Below, in pieces: positions 52,097 through 59,239 of a DNA stretch of 64,000 nt. The stretch spans positions 17,651 to 81,650 of the forward strand of contig JBJXFH010000102.1 in NCBI GenBank assembly GCA_046155365.1. The letters run 5' to 3'. A program made the translations under genes and the position numbers. Every line of letters begins with the position of its first letter. The stretch's first letter is position 1. The stretch is from Acidimicrobiales bacterium (GTDB taxonomy: Bacteria > Actinomycetota > Acidimicrobiia > Acidimicrobiales > CAIXPF01). The notes beneath the pieces were generated by a model. The model saw only the letters and a list, made by a program, of their open reading frames with translations. It was not told where the DNA came from and did no database searches.

Positions 52097-52262
52097 CATC
52101 GATCGGCCGCGGTTCGTAGTCATCGAACTACTACGAGTGCATTTCGGCCGAACAGCGCGCCGATTCGACGTGGATTCGATGCGGCCCCGGTGCCCCCAGA
52201 ACCCGCTGAAACCGCCCCTCAGCAGGACCGTTGGGGCGCAGTCGCCGTCCTACGATCGCAGC

Positions 52263-53507
52263 ATGATGGATCTGGAGACGGCCCGGGCCCGGGTCTTGCA
52301 GGGTTGCCTACCGCTGAATCCCCAGGACGTGAAGGTGGCGCAGGCGGCGGGCCTGGTGCTGGCCGAAGCCGTGGTGTCCGATCAGCGGCTCCCGCCGTTC
52401 GCCAACACCGCGGTGGACGGGTTCGCGGTGCGAGCCGAAGACGTGGCCGGTGCCAACGGGGACCAGCCGGTGCTGTTGCGGGTGGTGGAGGTGTTGGCCG
52501 CGGGTCAGGCCTCCCGTCACCACCTCGGCGCCGGGGAAGCGATCCAGATCATGACCGGCGCCCCGATACCTGATGGCGCTGACGCCGTGGTCATGGTGGA
52601 AGACACCAGCCCCGGTCCCGTGCAGCCGGGTGGCCCGGTGACGGTCCTGGTGGCCAAGGCGGTGTCCCCCCGGGATTCAGTGCGCCCCGCGGGAGACGAT
52701 GTGCAGCCCGGTGACCAGCTCTTTCAGCCGGGATGCGTGCTGTCCGCGGCCCATGTGGGGGTGTTGGCGTCGCTGGGTTGGGTCACGGTGCGGGCCCATC
52801 CTCGACCCCGGGTGGGCGTGATCTCCACCGGTGATGAGCTGGTTGAAGGACCCCAGCCGCTGGCCGCCGGTCAGATCCGTGACTCCAACCGCGTCAGCCT
52901 GCTGCGCCTGGTGGAGTTGGCCGGCGCCGTTCCCGTGGACCTCGGTCTGGTGCGTGACGATGAGGAGTTGATTCGCCGGTCCCTCAGCGACGCCGCCGAA
53001 CAGTGCGATGCGGTGGTCTCCTCTGGCGGGGTGAGCATGGGCGAGTTCGATTTCGTCAAACGGGTGCTGAACCAGGTGGGCGAGATCAACTGGATGCAGG
53101 TCGCCATCCGGCCGGCCAAACCGCTGGCGTTCGGGACCATCGCCAGCAGCGGCGGGGCCACCCCCATCTTCGGCCTTCCCGGCAACCCCGTTAGCTCCAT
53201 GATCAGCTTCGAGCTGTTCGCCCGGCCCGGTCTGCGTCGATTGGCCGGGCACCCCGACCCGGCCCTGGTCCGTCCCACTCTCAAGGCCCGCACCGCGGAC
53301 GCCCTTCGACGCTCGCCGGACGGCAAGACCCATTTCGCCCGGGTGGTGGCCACCAACGAGGAGGGCCGATACGTGGTGCGCAATGCCGGCGGGCAGGGCT
53401 CCCATCAGTTGGCGGTGATGGCCGTCGCCAACGCGCTGGTGGTGCTGCCCGACGGGGACGGCGTGCCCGAAGGCGCCGAGGTGGATCTGCTGCTGCTGGA
53501 CAGCTAG
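52263..53507 (+). CDS. moeA: molybdopterin molybdotransferase MoeA
   Basis: ORF 52137-53507, trimmed to ATG 52263 (MMDLETARARV). Motifs PPFANTAVDGFAV, ISTGDELV, GGVSMGEFDFVK and FGLPGNPVSS. Confidence 0.9.
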   Translation: MMDLETARARVLQGCLPLNPQDVKVAQAAGLVLAEAVVSDQRLPPFANTAVDGFAVRAEDVAGANGDQPVLLRVVEVLAAGQASRHHLGAGEAIQIMTGAPIPDGADAVVMVEDTSPGPVQPGGPVTVLVAKAVSPRDSVRPAGDDVQPGDQLFQPGCVLSAAHVGVLASLGWVTVRAHPRPRVGVISTGDELVEGPQPLAAGQIRDSNRVSLLRLVELAGAVPVDLGLVRDDEELIRRSLSDAAEQCDAVVSSGGVSMGEFDFVKRVLNQVGEINWMQVAIRPAKPLAFGTIASSGGATPIFGLPGNPVSSMISFELFARPGLRRLAGHPDPALVRPTLKARTADALRRSPDGKTHFARVVATNEEGRYVVRNAGGQGSHQLAVMAVANALVVLPDGDGVPEGAEVDLLLLDS

Positions 53508-53559
53508 TCGCTTCGCCGGCCCCGGTCCCAGCCACGGGGGGTTCGCTAGCATCGTCTCC

Positions 53560-54543
53560 ATGACCCAGGCTCTGGTGGACTCCTTCGGGCGCGTGCACCG
53601 TGACCTGCGCATCTCGGTGACGGACCGGTGCAACTTCCGCTGCACGTATTGCATGCCGGCGGAAGGCATGAAGTGGCTGGATCGTTCAGAGGTCCTCAGC
53701 TTCGAGGAGATCGTGCGGGTGGCCCGCCTTTTGGTGGAGCGATTCGGGATCGAATCCATCCGCCTCACCGGGGGTGAACCCACCGTCCGGGCCCACCTTC
53801 CGCGGCTGGTGGGGATGCTGTCTGAGCTGGGTGTTGACCTGGCGATCACCACCAACGGGGCCACGTTGCGCCTGGTTGCCGCTGATCTGGCCGCCGCTGG
53901 ATTGCGACGGATCAACGTGTCGTGTGATTCGCTGCGGCCCGATCGTTTCGCCGAGATCACCAAGCGAGACAGTCTGCCGGCGGTGCTCGACGGGATCGAC
54001 GCGGCGATCGAGGCCGGGCTGTCGCCGGTCAAGCTGAACGTGGTGGCCATGCGCGGGGTCAACGAGGATGAACTGCTGGATTTCGCCACCTACGGTCGCA
54101 GCAAGGGCGTGGTGGTGCGTTTCATCGAGTTCATGCCGCTCGACGCTCAGCAGCAATGGACCAATGACCAGGTCCTGACCTATAGCGAGATTCGCACCCG
54201 CATCAACGAGGTGTATCCCCTGGAGCCGATGCAGCGGGGCTCGGCGCCCGCGGAACGGTTCCGGTACCTGGACGGCAAAGGCGAGATCGGCATTATCGCC
54301 TCGGTCACTCAGAGCTTCTGTTCCACCTGTGACCGGGTTCGGCTGACCGCAGAGGGTGGATTCCGGACCTGCTTGTTTGCCACCAGTGAGCACGATCTGC
54401 GGGGACTTTTGCGCAACGGGGCCTCCGACGATGACCTGGCGGCGGTCATCGAATCGGCGGTGGGCGGCAAATGGGCCGGTCACCAGATCAATCAGGTCCA
54501 TTTCATCCGACCGTCGAAATCTATGAGCCAAATCGGCGGCTGA
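53560..54543 (+). CDS. moaA: GTP 3',8-cyclase MoaA (radical SAM)
   Basis: ORF 53560-54543. Motifs LRISVTDRCNFRCTYCMP, LTGGEPT and the C-terminal cluster CSTCDRVRLTAEG. Confidence 0.95.
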   Translation: MTQALVDSFGRVHRDLRISVTDRCNFRCTYCMPAEGMKWLDRSEVLSFEEIVRVARLLVERFGIESIRLTGGEPTVRAHLPRLVGMLSELGVDLAITTNGATLRLVAADLAAAGLRRINVSCDSLRPDRFAEITKRDSLPAVLDGIDAAIEAGLSPVKLNVVAMRGVNEDELLDFATYGRSKGVVVRFIEFMPLDAQQQWTNDQVLTYSEIRTRINEVYPLEPMQRGSAPAERFRYLDGKGEIGIIASVTQSFCSTCDRVRLTAEGGFRTCLFATSEHDLRGLLRNGASDDDLAAVIESAVGGKWAGHQINQVHFIRPSKSMSQIGG

Positions 54544-54588
54544 GCCGGGTCACGGAGCCTGGGACCGGCGGACTCCTAGACTGCGGCC

Positions 54589-55086
54589 ATGACCGACCTG
54601 GGTTTCACCCATCTCGATCCTCTGGGTCGGGCCCGGATGGTAGACGTCACCCCAAAGGAGCCCACGCATCGCCGTGCGGTGGCCCGGGCCCGGGTGTACA
54701 TGCAACCGGAGACGGCGTCGCTGGTGGCCCGGGGGGCGATGAGCAAGGGCGATGTGCTGGCGGTGGCCCGGGTGGCTGGCATCCAAGCGGCCAAGCGGGC
54801 GTCGGATCTGATCCCGCTCTGCCATCCGCTGCTGGTCGGTTCGGTGTTCATCAACTTCCGCATCGAAGATGACCACGTTCAAATCGAGGCCCAGGTTGAC
54901 ACCGTGGACCGTACAGGGGTGGAGATGGAAGCGCTGACCGCGGTCTCGGTGGCGGCGCTGACGGTGTACGACATGTGCAAGTCAGCGGATCGGGCCATGA
55001 CCATCTCCGACGTGGCCCTGTGGGAAAAGACGGGTGGTCGCTCCGGCACGTACCGTCGTGAAGGTCCCGGTCTGGATGACGTATAA
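54589..55086 (+). CDS. moaC: cyclic pyranopterin monophosphate synthase MoaC
   Basis: ORF 54589-55086. Motifs MVDVTPK, KGDVLAVARVAGIQAAKRASDLIPLCHPL, TGVEMEALTAVSVAALTVYDMCK. Confidence 0.95.
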   Translation: MTDLGFTHLDPLGRARMVDVTPKEPTHRRAVARARVYMQPETASLVARGAMSKGDVLAVARVAGIQAAKRASDLIPLCHPLLVGSVFINFRIEDDHVQIEAQVDTVDRTGVEMEALTAVSVAALTVYDMCKSADRAMTISDVALWEKTGGRSGTYRREGPGLDDV

Positions 55087-55291
55087 GCGTTGGTTAACCG
55101 TGTCTGAAGCCATGATGGCTTTGGTCGAAGTGCACGGTGATAGTAGAACTGCAACATTCTTCGCCCCCTGACGATTGAACAGCCCCGGGGATCGACCACG
55201 CGAAGACCAGTCCAAACGTCACAGGCTCCGCCCTCGGGTGGCCGTGGGGTGCGGTTTGGGGTCGAGCCCTCGGGAAGGCAGGTAGCACCCG

Positions 55292-55819
55292 GTGAATCTG
55301 AGCACCCTCCTCGTTCTGGTGTTCCTCGTTGGCATGTGGGTAGCCCTTCTGGTGGGGCCGGTGCTGCTGCGGCGAGGTTCCGGAGGTTCCCGGCGGGGGG
55401 ACTCGATCATGTCGTTCCAGCAGCAGCTCTCGGCGCTGGACCACAACCGGGGGCGAGCGGGCCGTCTACGTCCGCTTGCGAGCCCCACCAACGTTCGTCG
55501 CCTGCCGGACCGTGCTGCACCCGTGCGTCGTCCTCCGCTGCGTGGCCGGGCTGCGGCCCGGCGGCGCAAGCACATCGTGGCTGCCTTGTGCGGCGTGTCC
55601 TTCGTCTTCCTGGTGGCCTCTTTCCTGGGCAGCGGGTTGTTCTTCTGGGGCTTTGTGGTGTCCGCGGGTCTGCTGATCGGGTACCTGACGCTGATGTTCC
55701 ACCTCCTGGGTAGCCAAGCCGAACGGGAGATGAAGGTGGCGTTCCTGCCCCACAACAACGCCGGTGCCGAACCCACAGCGCTGCTGCAACTCCGCGAGGC
55801 CGCCGCCGGTCGCCGCTGA
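55292..55819 (+). CDS. hypothetical membrane protein
   Basis: ORF 55292-55819 (GTG start). It has an N-terminal TM helix (LLVLVFLVGMWVALLVGPVLL), an Arg-rich loop and two further hydrophobic helices. No family recognised. Confidence 0.5.
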   Translation: MNLSTLLVLVFLVGMWVALLVGPVLLRRGSGGSRRGDSIMSFQQQLSALDHNRGRAGRLRPLASPTNVRRLPDRAAPVRRPPLRGRAAARRRKHIVAALCGVSFVFLVASFLGSGLFFWGFVVSAGLLIGYLTLMFHLLGSQAEREMKVAFLPHNNAGAEPTALLQLREAAAGRR

Positions 55820-55882
55820 TCGGGTCCGAAATCGAACTGCCGGGCCGGGCACAGCGTCCGCTAACCTGGGCGTTCCCTCCCC

Positions 55883-55956
55883 GGGGGTGTAGCTCAGTTG
55901 GCTAGAGCGCTACGTTCGCAACGTAGAAGTCGGCGGTTCGAATCCGCTCACCTCCA
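55883..55956 (+). tRNA. tRNA-Ala (anticodon CGC)
   Basis: Folded by hand. Acceptor GGGGGTG/CACCTCC includes the G3:U70 wobble pair that is the Ala identity element. D arm GCTC-AGTTGGCTA-GAGC. Anticodon stem CTACG/CGTAG with loop TTCGCAA (anticodon CGC at 55917-55919). T arm GGCGG-TTCGAAT-CCGCT. Discriminator A; CC follows but CCA is not fully encoded. Confidence 0.9.
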
Positions 55957-57090
55957 CCGGCAAACTCCAGGTCAGACCCCGTCTCAGCGGCGGGGTCTGC
56001 GTCGTTTTGGCCTGCAGCGAGGCGACGGACCCGATTTGGACCCGATGCCCGCAACGCCCGGTCCAACAGGTCCGCCGCGCCCTCGTCGACCTCCGGCAAC
56101 ACCGACCCGTACACGTCCATCGTCGTGCGGATCGACGCGTGCCCCAGGCGGACCTGGATGACCTTGGCGTGCGCCCCCTCAGCGATGAGCAGACTGGCCG
56201 CGGTGTGGCGCAGCTGGTGGATCGTCAACCTGTCCAACCCCGCCCGGCGCACCGCCGGCTGCCACACCCTCGGGCGGAACTGCGACGCCCGCATCGAGCC
56301 GCCGCCCGGGGGCCTGCACCACATAGTCCTCGGGGTCCATGCGCCCGGTCCGTTGGAGGTGCGCCGCCAGCTCGTCGACCACGAACCCCGGGACCGACAT
56401 CGTCCGGCGGCTCGCGCGGGTCTTCACGTCTGAATCCTCGAGCAGCCGGCCCTCCACCTCGGCCACCGTCGCCGTCACGATCAACGACCGGCGCAGGAAA
56501 TTGATCCGACCGACCTTCAACCCGGCGATCCCCGACAGACGCAAACCGAGCACCCCACCCAGCCACATCACCGGCCGGTAGTCCACCGGCATGGCTTCGG
56601 CCAGGCGCAGCAGCTGCTCGATGTCCAGGAACTGCTGCTCTTTCGGGCGGAGCTTCGGCAGGCGGATACCACGGCATGGGGACATGGTCAGCTTCCCGCC
56701 TTCCACGGCCGCCCCGAACACCGCACGGACGACGCCAGGTTTCGTGGACACCGTCTTCGGTGCCAGCTTCGCGGCCATCTTGTCCACCACCCGGCGCACA
56801 TCGAGCGGGGTGATCTTCCCGAGCGGCATCCGCCCGAGCGCCGGGACCCACCACCCCTTCAGCACGTTGCGGTCCCGGGCCTCTGTGGTGGGCCGCTTCG
56901 TGACCGCCTCGAAGTACTCCTCGCACCAACCAGCGAAGGTCATCCGCTGCAACGCGTTGCGCACGACGCCCGCCCCCCGTGGCTCACCGGCTCGCCTGAC
57001 GCACCGCCCGTGCACGGTGCTCGGTTCGAATTGAGACTGTTCTGATCGCTCGTTGCCCTGGGCATCGGACGAGGGGAGCTGCCCACCCAT
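55902..57090 (-). pseudogene. tyrosine-recombinase (phage-type) integrase, disrupted by a frameshift
   Basis: Two overlapping minus-strand ORFs. 56179-57090 holds the N-terminal SAM-like/core-binding part and the start of the catalytic domain (...LRLSGIAGLKVGRINFL...DYVVQAP). 55902-56324 holds the rest (GGGSMRASQFRPRVWQPAVRRAGL, HQLRHTAASLL, RLGHASIRTTMDVYGSV with catalytic Tyr). The frames join at the C5G5 run cccggggg near 56306-56316. The downstream frame has no stop until 55902, inside the tRNA. Confidence 0.8.
55973..56008 (+). terminator. intrinsic-terminator-like hairpin downstream of tRNA-Ala
   Basis: Perfect 9-bp arms cagaccccg (55973-55981) and cggggtctg (55991-55999) with a 9-nt loop, followed by cgtcgTTTT (T-run 56005-56008). 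Confidence 0.6.
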
Positions 57091-57141
57091 AACCTCGGGC
57101 GGGCACCACAGGGCCAGCGCTGTGCCTGCGGGGTCTGTCCA

Positions 57142-58257
57142 TCAGGGCGGCTTGGTCGCTGTGAAATAGGTGTTGAGGCGGTCGTGGGGCAGGGTGTGGG
57201 CTGCGATCTCGACAAAGCCTGCCGCTGTGAGCTTTTCTCGGGCGAGTTGTTCGCCCCAGGCGGCGCCGAGTCCGTCTCCGCCATAGGCGAGGGATACCGT
57301 CATGCAGTGCATGGTGCTCATGCCGTACAGGAACGGGGCCGCGGGGTGGTCGAGGTTCTCGTGGAGGTGGCTGCTGGCCTTCGGTTCTACGCAGAGGTAG
57401 GTGCCGCCCGGCCGCAACGCGGTGAAGATGCCGAGCAGCATGGCGGCGGGGTGCGCTTGGTCGTGTACTGCGTCGAAACTGGTCACGATGTCGAGTTCCG
57501 CGTTCAGGCTGAGCTTCGCTGCGTCTCGCGCTTCGAATGTTGTGTTCGAGACGTGGCGTCGAGCTGCCTCGGCTTGTGCGGCTGCGATGGCGGCCTCGGA
57601 GAAGTCATAGCCCGTGAAGTTGGAAGCGGGGAACGTCTCGGCGAGCAGCAGGGTGGCTTTGCCGCGTCCGCAGCCGATGTCGGCGACGTCAGCGCCCTGG
57701 GTGAGTCGGCTGATGCCGTTGGGCAGCAGGGGTACCACGAGGTCGATCAGGCCGGCGTCGAATCGGGTGGCGCTGGATTCCGCCATGAGTTCTTGGAATC
57801 TCGTGTAGCGCTCGTAGGGGACTCCGCCACCGTCTCGGAACACGCGCACGACATCGGTTTCGACCTCGCCCATCAGCCCGATGTACTGGCAGAAGTGGCT
57901 GATGGCGCTGGCCCCTGCGGCTTTGGTGAGCGCAGCTGCGTGTTCGTCGGGCAAGCGGAACGTGCCGGCGGATGGATCGTGTTCGACGATGCCCCCGCAG
58001 ACCATGGCGCTGAGCCATTCGCGGACGTTGCGCTCCTGAAGACCCGCCGCCGCTGCGATCTCGTTCGAGGTAGCGGCGGTCATGGTTGCCATGGTGTCGA
58101 ACAGTTCGGTGCGCCGTCCGACGCTGCACAGCAAGGCGATCGAGGCGCTGTTGAGGATTCCCACCATTTTCCCGGCGAACGCATCGGCGCGTGGTTGATC
58201 GAACGGCTCTGAGCTGGCTGGTCGAGACACCCCGGTAGTGAAGCGCAGGGAGATCAC
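57142..58257 (-). CDS. class I SAM-dependent methyltransferase with N-terminal winged-helix-like domain
   Basis: ORF 57142-58257. SAM motif I VADIGCGRGKATLLLAE, then TGYDFSEAAI and IVTSFDAVHD. The N-terminal ~100 aa resemble the wHTH dimerisation domain of Rv2258c-type methyltransferases. An internal start is possible. Confidence 0.8.
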   Translation of the reverse strand: MISLRFTTGVSRPASSEPFDQPRADAFAGKMVGILNSASIALLCSVGRRTELFDTMATMTAATSNEIAAAAGLQERNVREWLSAMVCGGIVEHDPSAGTFRLPDEHAAALTKAAGASAISHFCQYIGLMGEVETDVVRVFRDGGGVPYERYTRFQELMAESSATRFDAGLIDLVVPLLPNGISRLTQGADVADIGCGRGKATLLLAETFPASNFTGYDFSEAAIAAAQAEAARRHVSNTTFEARDAAKLSLNAELDIVTSFDAVHDQAHPAAMLLGIFTALRPGGTYLCVEPKASSHLHENLDHPAAPFLYGMSTMHCMTVSLAYGGDGLGAAWGEQLAREKLTAAGFVEIAAHTLPHDRLNTYFTATKPP

Positions 58258-58296
58258 GGCGAGATCACCGATGGCGCCTCGCCGAGAGATGCTGTG

Positions 58297-58896
58297 CTAC
58301 TTGGCGAGCGCGACCTCGAGTTCAGTTGTGGTTGTGAGGGTGGTGAGCAAGGCGAGCACTTCGAGCGAGGTCGCATGCCAGCGCGGGTCGAAGCTGCAAC
58401 ATCCGTCGGTGAGGATCGTGACGGCATACCCCGCGTCCACCGCTTGGCGGGCCGTTCCTTCGATCACGAAGTTCGTAGCGAAACCGCAAAGGATGAGGTG
58501 TCGGATGCCGCTGTTGCGCAGGTGCGCATCGAGGTCGGTCCCTGCGAACGCGCTGATCGCCGCTTTCGTGACGATGAACTCGCCGGGGATCGGGGCGACC
58601 TCGGCCATGAACGCGCACCCGGGGCTGCCGGCATCGAGGACGCCGTGTTCGGCGAGCGGTGCGAGCTGTGCCGCGCTGGTGTTGATCGCTTGACCTTCAC
58701 GACTCGCGACACCGACGTGGATCACGGGTAGTTCCGCGCTCCGAGCCGTGCGCAGCGCCTGCGCGCACGTCTTCAACACCCCCGTTTCGGCGACCACAGC
58801 GGCAGGTCCCTGCGCTCCGAACACTCCGGTGGGGGCCACGATGTCGTGCTGTAGATCCATGACCAGCAATGCGCTCGTCTTCCGATCGATCTCCAT
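58297..58896 (-). CDS. isochorismatase-family cysteine hydrolase
   Basis: ORF 58297-58896. Motifs SALLVMDLQHDIV (catalytic Asp), VTKAAISAF (Lys) and LILCGFATNFVIEGTARQA (nucleophile Cys). Confidence 0.85.
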   Translation of the reverse strand: MEIDRKTSALLVMDLQHDIVAPTGVFGAQGPAAVVAETGVLKTCAQALRTARSAELPVIHVGVASREGQAINTSAAQLAPLAEHGVLDAGSPGCAFMAEVAPIPGEFIVTKAAISAFAGTDLDAHLRNSGIRHLILCGFATNFVIEGTARQAVDAGYAVTILTDGCCSFDPRWHATSLEVLALLTTLTTTTELEVALAK

Positions 58897-59239
58897 GTCA
58901 CTCCAGTCAGTCTCGCCTCAGCTCCCAAATGCCTCAGCGAAGTGATCACAACCCGAACAGATCACGGCGAGCTCACCGGGACCGTCCTCTGCGGACAACG
59001 CCCAAGCCAGCTATTGGGGGAACCTTGGCGTGATCCTCGGGTGATCTCGGGCTGCTCGGATGTCAGTAATCAACAGGACAGTGGCGAGCGCAGCGGTCAA
59101 AGCTCGCCCACCACGCTGGTCCGGCGTACGGACGGCGAGGAAGCCGGCATTGCTCGCTTGGGGGCGCACGATCGTCGATGTCGACCGGGTGTCACGCGAC
59201 GTGCCATAGCTGCGGTGTCGCCGCAAACGGCCGCACTTA

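Noticed and set aside
52097-52262. Possible Moco riboswitch upstream of moeA (also checked 53508-53559 upstream of moaA)
   Set aside because: No recognisable Moco-motif conserved core was seen by eye, and the moaA spacer is only 52 nt. There is a 7-bp hairpin (tcgtagt...actacga) after galU, but it is weak. An Rfam scan with RF01055 is needed to exclude the riboswitch formally.
52677-54089. 470-aa minus-strand ORF across moeA/moaA
   Set aside because: It is antisense to two unambiguous Moco-biosynthesis genes and is a shadow ORF.
57022-57031. 10-nt matches to the tRNA-Ala 3' half, considered as candidate att repeats: cggttcgaat at 57022-57031 and cctccaccgg at 61771-61780
   Set aside because: Both are short and lie inside coding sequence (integrase and SARP). 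Neither extends beyond 10 nt. Chance matches of this length are plausible in GC-rich DNA, so the island's distal att site is probably outside the window.
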